From IMG/VR virus record IMGVR_UViG_3300027708_000015: a stretch of DNA of 64,000 nt; one strand, written 5' to 3'. The notes beneath the pieces are model-generated. The model saw only the letters and a list, made by a program, of their open reading frames with translations, was not told where the DNA came from and did no database searches. Origin of the DNA: a virus (lineage: Duplodnaviria > Caudoviricetes). The position numbers were made by a program, and so were the translations under genes. Numbering within the stretch: the stretch's first letter is position 1; each line of letters starts with the position of its first letter. This document shows, piece by piece, positions 30,155-39,450 of the stretch.

Positions 30155-31921
30155 TTAGGCGTCAAACCCTAGTAGTACTGTGACTACTTTGCCGTAGGGA
30201 ACTGGACTGGTAAATTGCAGGTAGTTGCCTGTATATGTAGTCGTTGGTTCTGTAATTGTAACAGACGTCAGCACTGCAATCGTTGATGTAATAGTGGGTT
30301 TGCTGATATTGATACTGAGCAATGCGTCTGTTGTAGCATCTGTTAGATAACTCAACACACAAGTTGGTACTGTGTAGGTTAATCCTGTAGGAGTTCCAAC
30401 TGCTGTTGTTATGGCTGTTCCACCAGGTGACAAACTAAGAGTAAATGTAGTAGTTCCGTTGGTTGTAATAATATAATAGGTAGTAGGATTTGAATAACCG
30501 CTAATACTGCCTGCTGTTGGATAAGTTTGTCCAGCTGTTCCGCTGATTGTGATTGCTTGATTAACAGCTAGCGTAGTACTGGTGCATTGAAATTGTCCTG
30601 CTGTTCCTACAATAATAACTGAGCTCAGTGTGGTTGAACTTGGTATGCTGGCTGGCCCGCTGACTACTGCTCCAAGAATATTCACTGCCGGATAAACTGC
30701 TGTATTACTGGTCACAGTTCCAGCGATGGTCATGGAACCTGTTGCTGGACTAAAATAGCTCACACTGGTTGTTGAGCTGGCTGTTACTGAAAATTTACCA
30801 TTGTATGCTGTCGGAGTAAATCCAGATACTGTGATAGTATCACCTATAGCAAATGGATTGCCGGCTTGTGCGGCAAAGTTTATAGTGGCTGTTACCCCTG
30901 CGGCTGTGATACTTCCGCTGGCAGTAGACTGACTGACACTGACTGTGTAACTAGTTCCTGTCAAGTTCACAGGACTACCGCTGGAACCACTGGCTACTGA
31001 TTGGCTTGTGCTTAAGGTATATGTGCCTGCACCACCTACGCCGGATCCTAATGCACTGATATAAGTTCCAGCAGCCATACTGCTACCAGTGATAACCATA
31101 CCCAAGGTAATAATACTGGATGTTATTGATGTCACTGTCAATGTTGTGCCGCTGGTGTAGCCCGTGAACGCTGAAGAGTTTGCTGCCACAATGGTAGTTC
31201 CGGCTGTGACACCGTTGTTGCTCAGTGTTTGGCCTGCTATTGGTGTAGACCCGCTTGTTACTGTGAGTGTGGTTCCAGCAGTGCCCGAAGGAGCAGAACC
31301 GTTTGAAATAAATCCTGTAAATGAAATAGTTCCACTGCTACTGGTAGCAGTGCCAACTAAACTGGTGCTGAAATACAGTGTGGTTGCTCCAGTAGCGGCT
31401 GATTGGCTAACTGATCCGGTATAGGTTTCTCCGCCCACTGACGGGCTTGCTGTCACTGAATAATTTATACCAGACAGTTGTAGCACATTTTCTACTACCA
31501 CTAAAGCGTTCTGTCCCCCAAACTGACCAGCGGCTGCACCACCAGCTGAAGGAATGTTGCTGGAATAGTATAACTTATCTGTGTTGTAGGCACTGTTTAG
31601 CGGACCAAATAATGTATTTAGGCCGTCACCTGCTCCTAGATTTTGTTGGATTATGGGATTACTTTCTTTAAAACGCAATGCTCTCCAGTTGGCGGTACTA
31701 AGGCCTGCTGATCCTTGATACACTTCAACTTGGTTTGTTGAAGTATTGTAGCGCATGGATCCCAAATTTGTACCGTTTCGTTGACCTGTAGTGCCGTTGG
31801 GTAGCACTAGGCTACCTGAATTAACAGGGCTCACAAAGACGTTAGTGTTGCTAACATCTGAATATAGAGTTGTATCGTTGGCAACTCTACGATTAATATT
31901 TTGACGTTTTAAATATCTCAT
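30155..31921 (-). CDS. Virion structural protein with mosaic T/S/G-rich modules
   Basis: 588 aa; LPNGTTGQR...MRYNTSTNQVEVYQG near the N-terminus, then repeated beta-modules. Confidence 0.7.
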   Translation of the reverse strand: MRYLKRQNINRRVANDTTLYSDVSNTNVFVSPVNSGSLVLPNGTTGQRNGTNLGSMRYNTSTNQVEVYQGSAGLSTANWRALRFKESNPIIQQNLGAGDGLNTLFGPLNSAYNTDKLYYSSNIPSAGGAAAGQFGGQNALVVVENVLQLSGINYSVTASPSVGGETYTGSVSQSAATGATTLYFSTSLVGTATSSSGTISFTGFISNGSAPSGTAGTTLTVTSGSTPIAGQTLSNNGVTAGTTIVAANSSAFTGYTSGTTLTVTSITSSIITLGMVITGSSMAAGTYISALGSGVGGAGTYTLSTSQSVASGSSGSPVNLTGTSYTVSVSQSTASGSITAAGVTATINFAAQAGNPFAIGDTITVSGFTPTAYNGKFSVTASSTTSVSYFSPATGSMTIAGTVTSNTAVYPAVNILGAVVSGPASIPSSTTLSSVIIVGTAGQFQCTSTTLAVNQAITISGTAGQTYPTAGSISGYSNPTTYYIITTNGTTTFTLSLSPGGTAITTAVGTPTGLTYTVPTCVLSYLTDATTDALLSINISKPTITSTIAVLTSVTITEPTTTYTGNYLQFTSPVPYGKVVTVLLGFDA

Positions 31922-32247
31922 TATACTGGTAGTGAACTTACGACTATTGACAAGTTTGATGTTGCTCCTGCTTGCACATACACAGCATCACCTGTGCCCA
32001 ACACTAGTTTTTCTTGATCTAAACTTACAGTTTCTGTTGGCGGAACTGGTAATGCATTAATAATCATATTGACAGTGCTGGCTGACTGCCCGCTAGGAAC
32101 TGCCCATACTGTCACTGTGTCTGTAACACTGCTACTGGTGTTGCAAATTATAATTGAAGTAATGGCATTTCCAATGCTGGGTGCTGTGACCGCAGGTAGT
32201 GTTACTACTAATGGTGAAGTTGTTATCTGTTGTGCATTAAGTGCCAT
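31921..32247 (-). CDS. Small virion structural protein
   Basis: 108 aa (ITSIIICN...EKLVLGTGD); TAATG overlap with the next gene. Confidence 0.65.
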   Translation of the reverse strand: MALNAQQITTSPLVVTLPAVTAPSIGNAITSIIICNTSSSVTDTVTVWAVPSGQSASTVNMIINALPVPPTETVSLDQEKLVLGTGDAVYVQAGATSNLSIVVSSLPV

Positions 32248-32256
32248 GTTGTGTCC

Positions 32257-33654
32257 TTATAGTAAAATACTTAGCAGTACTGCTCGTTTTCTACTTATTA
32301 ATTCGTCCGGTGTTTGCACAGTGGAATTTACTATATACAAGCCTGTACGTCCCGGTCCAACTTGAGAGCTGGAATATACTTGAGTGCTACTGGCCATAGT
32401 TCCGCTGTTGTACGTCAATGCTGATTGATTGTCAAATCGGGTGTATGCATTAATTTCAACAGTTCCGCTGTTGGCTGTCAGTGTTAGATTGTTACTGCCA
32501 ATATCATTTATAGTATCGCCGTAAATTCTAACACTGCCCACAGTCAAACTGCCGTTGGCACTGGTTGTGATTCCGCTAGCAGTTGTTCCTGTTACTGTGG
32601 CAAAATATCCCATGGGGTTGGGGTTGGTATTTGGCGTTGTCAAGAACTGGATTGATCCAGTAGCTTGGCTAGTACCAGTAACTGTTACCTGTGCATAGGT
32701 ATAGTTGGTAAACGTAAGTCCTGTAGTTGATCCTGCTGTAGTAACTATTGCAAGATTTCCTGGGTAAGTTCTCAGTGTAAACGTATTAAAAGTGTTGGTT
32801 GCAGATATTTGATATATTGTTGGATTGCTATAACCAGTAATAGAACCAGTGCCGCTGCCTGCTCCGCTAACAGTGACCTGCATTCCCACAAATAGTGTAG
32901 ATGTGTTACAGGTAAACTGACCAGCTGTACCAGCAATTATCACTCCGCTGATTGTAGGAGTACTGGGATACTGGATTGTACTGACCAGTGCTTGTCCTGC
33001 TCCTGCACCACTGTAGCTACTGGCCACATAGTTGTTTAGATATTGCACATTGGGTATGTGCCATGCACTTAGACCCAGTCCAGCATAGTTGTTTGCACTG
33101 GTTAGTAAAGTGTTGGTCGTACCGTTGTACGTTGCACCAGAATTCACTATGGCCAATGCTTTGGTGCCACCTTGCAGATCAAAAGCCAAATCGCCTGTAG
33201 AATCTGCTACCAATGTTCGCACTTGCAATGCATTCAACACTTGACCAGTTGTTGCTCTAGTGCTGGGATTGACTGTTACTGTGTCTAGTAAAAATGTTCC
33301 TGTAACTTCATTGTTCAACACTGCATCGTAGTGACTGACATTTTCATTAAACAACAACTGTCCTGCTGAAGTGTTGCCTCTATCAATTTGTAAACCGCTG
33401 GTACCAGAACCAGCAATAACTGATCCAGTTCCGCCTGAATTTATTTCAATAATATTGTCATTGAGTACACTGGTAGTTGTTTCAATAATAGTCGATGCAC
33501 CTTTGACATCCAAGTTGCCCCAGATAGTCACTGTGCCATAATTTCCGCTGGCATATCGACCAATCGCCGTGCCTGTAGTGTCAAAGATGATATTACCTCC
33601 AGGCCTTACCTGTAAGCTATAATCACCGTTGGCTACTTTGACAATTTTTGACAT
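32257..33654 (-). CDS. Virion structural protein
   Basis: 465 aa; GNLDVKG...DNIIEIN beta-helix-like N-terminus; contains a GTAGQF module. Confidence 0.65.
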   Translation of the reverse strand: MSKIVKVANGDYSLQVRPGGNIIFDTTGTAIGRYASGNYGTVTIWGNLDVKGASTIIETTTSVLNDNIIEINSGGTGSVIAGSGTSGLQIDRGNTSAGQLLFNENVSHYDAVLNNEVTGTFLLDTVTVNPSTRATTGQVLNALQVRTLVADSTGDLAFDLQGGTKALAIVNSGATYNGTTNTLLTSANNYAGLGLSAWHIPNVQYLNNYVASSYSGAGAGQALVSTIQYPSTPTISGVIIAGTAGQFTCNTSTLFVGMQVTVSGAGSGTGSITGYSNPTIYQISATNTFNTFTLRTYPGNLAIVTTAGSTTGLTFTNYTYAQVTVTGTSQATGSIQFLTTPNTNPNPMGYFATVTGTTASGITTSANGSLTVGSVRIYGDTINDIGSNNLTLTANSGTVEINAYTRFDNQSALTYNSGTMASSTQVYSSSQVGPGRTGLYIVNSTVQTPDELISRKRAVLLSILL

Positions 33655-33667
33655 TTAGAATCCTATA

Positions 33668-33685
33668 AGGGCCCCGAAGGGCCCT
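33668..33685 (-). terminator. cUUCGg hairpin (weak terminator or RNA stability/processing element)
   Basis: AGGGCCC-TTCG-GGGCCCT between two structural genes; short U tract. Confidence 0.55.
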
Positions 33686-33694
33686 ATTGGTTTA

Positions 33695-35476
33695 TTACAC
33701 GTTATCGATCTTAACTGAAACGCTGGACACTGCTGAACCAAATGTCCAGTTAACTGTTGCTCCATCTGCAAACTGTGTACCAGTATTGCGTGTTACACGG
33801 CAACGACGGTTAGTGATCTTGCTGACCCAATATGAACCACCAGCTGAGTCGACAGCGTTGATAGCCATTGTGCCACCAACTGTTGGGAAAGCTGTTACCA
33901 ACTTGGCGTAGAATACACCATCAGCATTTTCAACACGGAAACGTTGTGTGTTTTCTTGTTTGATAATGTCAGTGTCTTGACGAGCAACGCCACCAGTTGT
34001 GGCCAATGCCACTGCTTGCATAGCGGCATAGTTACCAGTGTAACCAGTTGTTACCTGTGCGGCAAATGTCATTGTTGCAGCCGCTGATCCTGAACCAAAT
34101 GTGATTGCTGTGTTACCACTTACTACTGTAGTAATTGTCAAACTTGTTGCTGTTGTAACAACTGCGGCATTGCCGCCTACTGAGCTACTTAGAACAATTT
34201 CAGTTGCTCCGTTGACTGCAATAATGTAATAAGTACCAGCTGACAAGCTACCACCTGAACCAGTTGTAACCACTTTCAATCCTGGAACCAATTGGTCTGT
34301 TGAACTTACAGTTTCTTTGTAAAGAACAATTGACAACCCAGTCACTGCACCTGCGGCTCCGCCTGTTGGAGCAGTACCTGCAATAGTTACCAATGTCAAT
34401 GTGCTTGTACCGTTAGTGGCTGTTACCAAATAGCTGTTACCAGTTGAGTATGAGCTGTCGATGAAGTTTGTACTTGCTGTACCAGTAAATGTAACCACCT
34501 GTCCAATATAGAATGTTCCAGCGGCTTGTGCTGTACCCAATGTGATTGTGTTAGTTACTGCACCCACTGTGATTGTACCATAAGCACCACTAGCAATAGT
34601 TGTTACTGTTGTAGCACTAATACCAGGAGTTACTGGAACTGTGTTGATATAACCGTTACCGTTGTTAGTGTATGTAACACCGTTAACACCAAATGTTGCT
34701 GGAGTAATTGTCAAACCGGCACCGCCAGTTACTGCTGGTGTTGGAGTTTGAGCGGCATTTAAACCAGCTGTAACACCTGACTGAGCGTATGTACCACCAG
34801 CTACTACGGCTACGCTCGCTACTGTGTTGTATGTGCCACCAACTACTACGGTTGAAGCTGTAACTGTACCAGAACCTGTTACAGTTGTAATTGCTACTGG
34901 ACTTGCGGCCACTGCATTAGCATATGAACTGGCAAGTGTGATGCTTGTTGAACTACCGACTACAGCAACATAATATGTGCCGTTAGCAAACCCTGTTGCG
35001 GTACCTAGTGTAACACCAGTAACTACAACGTCTTGTCCAACTACGTATGTACCAGAACTAATTGTAGCAACACCAGCAGTTGTAATGTTAGTAATTGCCA
35101 AACCAGTTTGACTAGCTGTTAGAGTTGGAGTATATGTACTTGTAACACCGCCATAAGCTACTGACAAACTACCAGCGCCAGTTGTGTATGCTTTAGTTTG
35201 TGAACCAGCTGAGTTAGTTGTACCAGTTAGAATTGTGAATGTTGGAGTACCAACTGCTGTTACACCACCTTCTGTGCTTAACGCTGGTTTTGGAAATGTT
35301 GTTGTTAATGCGGCTGCTTGAGCTTGAGTATATGAACCAGCTGTACCAACGCTGGCATTAAGAGCTTTTAAACCACCTAGATCGTAGTCTGTTGGCAGTA
35401 AACTTGTATTACCGTATAGGCCTGTGGCACCTGTATTTCTTTTACCAAAATATTTTTTATTTAGAGGACGTCCCAT
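33695..35476 (-). CDS. Virion structural protein (MGRPLNKKYFG type)
   Basis: 593-aa T/G/A-rich ORF with strong SD AAGGAGA; charged termini flank a low-complexity beta-rich middle. Confidence 0.7.
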   Translation of the reverse strand: MGRPLNKKYFGKRNTGATGLYGNTSLLPTDYDLGGLKALNASVGTAGSYTQAQAAALTTTFPKPALSTEGGVTAVGTPTFTILTGTTNSAGSQTKAYTTGAGSLSVAYGGVTSTYTPTLTASQTGLAITNITTAGVATISSGTYVVGQDVVVTGVTLGTATGFANGTYYVAVVGSSTSITLASSYANAVAASPVAITTVTGSGTVTASTVVVGGTYNTVASVAVVAGGTYAQSGVTAGLNAAQTPTPAVTGGAGLTITPATFGVNGVTYTNNGNGYINTVPVTPGISATTVTTIASGAYGTITVGAVTNTITLGTAQAAGTFYIGQVVTFTGTASTNFIDSSYSTGNSYLVTATNGTSTLTLVTIAGTAPTGGAAGAVTGLSIVLYKETVSSTDQLVPGLKVVTTGSGGSLSAGTYYIIAVNGATEIVLSSSVGGNAAVVTTATSLTITTVVSGNTAITFGSGSAAATMTFAAQVTTGYTGNYAAMQAVALATTGGVARQDTDIIKQENTQRFRVENADGVFYAKLVTAFPTVGGTMAINAVDSAGGSYWVSKITNRRCRVTRNTGTQFADGATVNWTFGSAVSSVSVKIDNV

Positions 35477-35564
35477 TTTGTTTTCTCCTTAGTGAAAAAC
35501 GGCGTTCTAGGCCGTACGCGGTTGGATTTCCGCATAAAACTCACCCCATGTGAGTCATACATTG
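35477..35564 (-). promoter_or_regulatory. Structured 5' leader (three hairpins)
   Basis: Hairpins at 35539-35555, 35516-35535 and 35499-35515 between late promoter and SD. Confidence 0.55.
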
Positions 35565-35572
35565 TATTTATG
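35565..35572 (-). promoter_or_regulatory. Late promoter CATAAATA overlapping a stop codon
   Basis: NNTAAATAC; its TAA is the stop of the upstream ORF (35568-35570). Confidence 0.65.
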
Positions 35573-36428
35573 CGTAGGTGATTCTTAAGCTCGCTTGACT
35601 TAGATAAACTGTATCTCTATGCGGATATATCGCATTGCTTTGAAAACTGACCACAACACCAAATGTAGGATTTGATACCAATTCTTCAGTTAGTTGTACT
35701 CCCCATACAGTTGAGTCACCACCGTATATATTATAATTTTCAACTGGATGTAATGGCTCTAGCAAAGATCCAGTATACATATCACTCTGCACAGGATTTA
35801 TAGTACTGGCAAGATCATTGCCTCCGTTAATTTCTGCGTTGTTTAGTACTAGTTTAATTTTTAAATCTTGTATTCTACCGGCACGTTGTATATCAATAGC
35901 TAAATCCAAACTTGTAACTTTCCTAGTTAATGGATTTAATGCTCTATATGCTGGGTAAACAGTATTAGTCCACCAATTAAAACTAAAAGTATCAGTTACA
36001 TCACCATTCGAAAGTAAAAGCCATTCTCTAGCATCGGCAGCAGTCATTCCTAACCTACTATTCATTGAAGGAGATTTATTAATATTACCATAAGCATAAC
36101 CGCTTACGGGATCTATAGTTGTTAAAAAACTATATAAAGATCCGGTAGTATCGCCAAGAGATATTTGCAGAACTTGATCTCTAATATTGCGTAACAGTTG
36201 AGAATAATCAGCATAACCGGTACAATATAATTCGCTAGTATTGCTTAGAAACTTTTCCATCCATAATCCACTGATCGTATACAAGGGTTTTTTACTTGAT
36301 GCATACGCCCCTGGTACCAGAGCTGTGGGATTAAAATTCCAATCTATACTGGAGATTCCTGTAACTGTATTAGGAATATTAACATTAGTTAAAATTGTTG
36401 GATTTAAAAAAGCTGTGGTAGTGGTCAT
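35568..36428 (-). CDS. Hypothetical protein downstream of the major capsid gene
   Basis: Open frame; I favour the ATG at 36428 (MTTTTAF) because the track start at 36443 lies upstream of or overlaps the promoter next to the terminator. Confidence 0.65.
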   Translation of the reverse strand: MTTTTAFLNPTILTNVNIPNTVTGISSIDWNFNPTALVPGAYASSKKPLYTISGLWMEKFLSNTSELYCTGYADYSQLLRNIRDQVLQISLGDTTGSLYSFLTTIDPVSGYAYGNINKSPSMNSRLGMTAADAREWLLLSNGDVTDTFSFNWWTNTVYPAYRALNPLTRKVTSLDLAIDIQRAGRIQDLKIKLVLNNAEINGGNDLASTINPVQSDMYTGSLLEPLHPVENYNIYGGDSTVWGVQLTEELVSNPTFGVVVSFQSNAIYPHRDTVYLSQASLRITYA

Positions 36429-36432
36429 ATCG

Positions 36433-36440
36433 TATTTACC
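36433..36440 (-). promoter_or_regulatory. Late promoter GGTAAATA
   Basis: NNTAAATAC directly after the capsid terminator, 4 nt before ATG. Confidence 0.6.
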
Positions 36441-36446
36441 CAAAGA

Positions 36447-36470
36447 AAAAGGCTACCGAAGTAGCCTTTT
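36447..36470 (-). terminator. Intrinsic terminator of the capsid transcript
   Basis: AAAAGGCTAC-TTCG-GTAGCCTTTT followed by T-rich tract; UUCG loop. Confidence 0.88.
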
Positions 36471-36498
36471 CTATATAACAAACCTCTTGGTTATCAAA

Positions 36499-37674
36499 TT
36501 AACTGAACTTAACGTTAGCTGAAGTGATAGCAACTAGACCTAGATAGTCAGCCGCATTACCTAGAGAAGATGCTGTGTTTGACAACTCAACATAACCATA
36601 ACGTGTCATGAATGAAACGACTGGTTCGAATGTTGATGGGTCAAGTACTACACCACTGCTCATCAATGGAATGTATGGGCAATAGAATGCAGGAGCATCA
36701 GACTCGCTAGCACCTTTGTATCCGATTAGGATAGATGCTGAATCTTGAGCGTATGAGTTAACATAAACCTTCATAGCACCGTTCAATGTACCAACAAACT
36801 TAGTGTTTGTAGGAGCTTCGAAAGTACCTTCTGTTGTACGAGCAAATGCGCTTGTAGTAGCAGATTGTAGAATTGTCAACGCAAATGGTGATACAACAGC
36901 GTAGTTACCAGCACCACGACGTGTACGCTGAGCGATCAAGTTGCTTACGCGATTGATCTGAACAGCTAGAGCGGCATGCTCGTCACCAACGAATGTTGCT
37001 GTACCTGAAACAGCAGACTGGTCATAAGTCTGTGTTGCTGTACCAGCTAGAGTTGTTAGAGATGCAATGATCTCTTGGTCGATTTCAGCAGTGATTTCTT
37101 GTGCCAAAGCAGCCATAACTTCAGCTTCAACGTCAATGCCTTGTTGGGCTTGTGCGTCTTGTGCTGACTCAAATGTCCAACGAGCAGACAATTTACGAGT
37201 TTTAGCTTCAACTGTTTGTTTCAAGATTTGAATGCTTAGTCTGTTACCAGCTACACCTTCTAGCGTTGCTGTTGAAGCGGCTTTAGCAGTCGCATCAGTA
37301 GCGTTACCAGAGTAGGCAGCGGCAATCTTGAATGGGCTCAATGCCTCTTCACCAGCTAACACGTTCGCACCTGTTGATGTATCGCTATAGCGTACACGTA
37401 GGGTGTGAATTTGTCCAACTGGACCAGTCATTGGTTGTACACCAACTAGTTCATTAGCAATGACTGTTGGCATAACGCGACGGATCACTGGAAGGATCAC
37501 GCGGTTTAGTGTTGCGACGTTACCAGCAGAAGTGGCACCAGCTGTAGGACTTTCCATCAAATACTTACGAGTATTTTCTAGAGTAACTCCCATCACTGAT
37601 TTTTTAGTGCCTGACAAGCCTTCTAATAGGGCTTCTTTTGTTTCTGCCCAACGTCCATTAAGTAGTTCTGACAT
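36499..37674 (-). CDS. gp23: Major capsid protein, T4 gp23 family
   Basis: VIRRVMPTVIANELVGVQPMTGP, VEAKTRKLSARWT, EITAEIDQE, FYCPYIPL, FMTRYG. Confidence 0.96.
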   Translation of the reverse strand: MSELLNGRWAETKEALLEGLSGTKKSVMGVTLENTRKYLMESPTAGATSAGNVATLNRVILPVIRRVMPTVIANELVGVQPMTGPVGQIHTLRVRYSDTSTGANVLAGEEALSPFKIAAAYSGNATDATAKAASTATLEGVAGNRLSIQILKQTVEAKTRKLSARWTFESAQDAQAQQGIDVEAEVMAALAQEITAEIDQEIIASLTTLAGTATQTYDQSAVSGTATFVGDEHAALAVQINRVSNLIAQRTRRGAGNYAVVSPFALTILQSATTSAFARTTEGTFEAPTNTKFVGTLNGAMKVYVNSYAQDSASILIGYKGASESDAPAFYCPYIPLMSSGVVLDPSTFEPVVSFMTRYGYVELSNTASSLGNAADYLGLVAITSANVKFS

Positions 37675-37685
37675 TTAAATTCTCC

Positions 37686-38789
37686 TTAAATTTTTAGTCC
37701 TGCGAGTCTACGGATTGCAATGATATTGCTATCACCTTCCGTTGTCTCACTGCTACGTGGGTTGTTGGAAATCTTATTTCCGGTTATTTCTTTAGCCTCT
37801 ACTAGTGCCTGTTTCTTCTGCGGAGTCTTGCCATTAATTACTGATGGCAAATACTTTTCAAAACTTTCGTTTAGACGTTCTGTTTTCACAGACTCCATTA
37901 ACTCGCTCATGATTTCACGTTGCTCACTGTTAAGTGGGTTCAGTAACTCGCTCATGATTTGTTTTCTTGTTTGACTCTCTTTAAGAGTACGGATCTCAGC
38001 TTGTTTACTTTCTAAGATCTTTTCTGCTTGCACAACTGCCTGAGCGGCTTCTTGCATTGCTTGATCTTTCAAGTCTATAACTTTGAGTAATTTTGCTGTT
38101 TCCGATTTTTCATTTAGGTAGCTGGACTGATATTCAGCGGCAAAAGCCTCAAATAACTTACGTCCAAAGTCTTGACGACGAGCGGCTTCAATGTCTTCTT
38201 TCAATGTTGCCATTTCAGAACGTAGTCCTGATTCGACAATGCCTTCGACCATTGTTGCGGCACGTTGTACAAACGCTTCTTTTACCTTCTTGATTTCTTG
38301 ACGACCTTCACGAACTAAGCGTACCTTAGTTTCTGCTAGGTCTTTCTTGTCTTGCATAAACTCTGTAATTTCTTGAGCTAGAGCTCCAACTACGAATTGT
38401 TCCAATTTACCAAACTTGCTTGCCATTGTTTTCTGATCTTCATGAAGTTCTTTAACTTCACTAGCTAATTGACGTGTAACAAATTCCTTCATTACACTAG
38501 CGTCTTTCTTCATTTTCTTCGCGTACTTAACTTTCATTTCTGCAAGTTGATTACGGTCATCGGCAAACTCAACGATCTCAGCACTTAATTGTTCAGAGAT
38601 CATGCGATCTACTGCGTCAACCATAGTGTTTTTATCGTGTTCGTATTTTTGTGCGAATTCTTCGCGTAGTTGTTGAGTAAGTACTTCACGTTGCTCGTTG
38701 ATACGAGCTTCAAAAGCATTCTCAATTGACTCTTTGATCTCTTCTGAAATCACATTGTTTTCGAATAAAGATTTTAGTGCATCCAACAT
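37686..38789 (-). CDS. gp22: Prohead scaffolding protein, gp22-like
   Basis: E/K-rich coiled-coil protein between protease and capsid genes (T4 gene order). Confidence 0.8.
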   Translation of the reverse strand: MLDALKSLFENNVISEEIKESIENAFEARINEQREVLTQQLREEFAQKYEHDKNTMVDAVDRMISEQLSAEIVEFADDRNQLAEMKVKYAKKMKKDASVMKEFVTRQLASEVKELHEDQKTMASKFGKLEQFVVGALAQEITEFMQDKKDLAETKVRLVREGRQEIKKVKEAFVQRAATMVEGIVESGLRSEMATLKEDIEAARRQDFGRKLFEAFAAEYQSSYLNEKSETAKLLKVIDLKDQAMQEAAQAVVQAEKILESKQAEIRTLKESQTRKQIMSELLNPLNSEQREIMSELMESVKTERLNESFEKYLPSVINGKTPQKKQALVEAKEITGNKISNNPRSSETTEGDSNIIAIRRLAGLKI

Positions 38790-38802
38790 GTGATTCTCCT
38801 TA

Positions 38803-39447
38803 TTATTGGAGTTTGTTTATTATTGCTAATAAACTCTCTTTGAGATATTTCTGTGCTTTGGGGTCACCTTTAACCTCTTGCGCTATACGCAAGGCATTAA
38901 GACCACCGCGATTATTCATCAGGTGTTCATAAATTGGTGTAGGATATGCTCCCGGGGCGCTAGGTTGAGCTACCATATCTACTGTGATAATCTCAAAATC
39001 TGATACTTCACCGGATCCGTCATCTCTGACGTTTCCGGATCCGCGACTTGAAACACCTAATTTTACTCCGCTTTCCAGCATAGTGCGGATTAGTTGTCCC
39101 ATAGGGGTTGGTAAAATTTTCAGTTTACCGTAACCATTAGGCCCGTCCATCCACATATTCACCATCATGTGGGACACACGGTCCAGGTTAATTTTTAGAT
39201 CATCTGGATGATCCACTTCTCCGAGAACTGAATAACCGTTCTGAATCTGATCGTTTAGGGTTTTGACAGCCTTGCCAATCTCATTAACAGGGTAAACACG
39301 CTGGTTAGCGTTGCGTATACCGCCCTGGATGCAAATCCCGGACATGTATAAGTTTTTCCCATCTTTGTCATCAGATTCAACGATCATTTTTGCTTCGTTG
39401 AAACTGAGATTCTCTCGGAGGTATAACATATTTTTCAATGTCATCAA
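38803..39447 (-). CDS. gp21: Prohead maturation protease, gp21 family (start may be 39429)
   Basis: NANQRVYP, GEVDHP (catalytic His), GVSSRG (catalytic Ser), DMVAQPS. Confidence 0.93.
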   Translation of the reverse strand: MMTLKNMLYLRENLSFNEAKMIVESDDKDGKNLYMSGICIQGGIRNANQRVYPVNEIGKAVKTLNDQIQNGYSVLGEVDHPDDLKINLDRVSHMMVNMWMDGPNGYGKLKILPTPMGQLIRTMLESGVKLGVSSRGSGNVRDDGSGEVSDFEIITVDMVAQPSAPGAYPTPIYEHLMNNRGGLNALRIAQEVKGDPKAQKYLKESLLAIINKLQ

Positions 39448-39450
39448 CTA

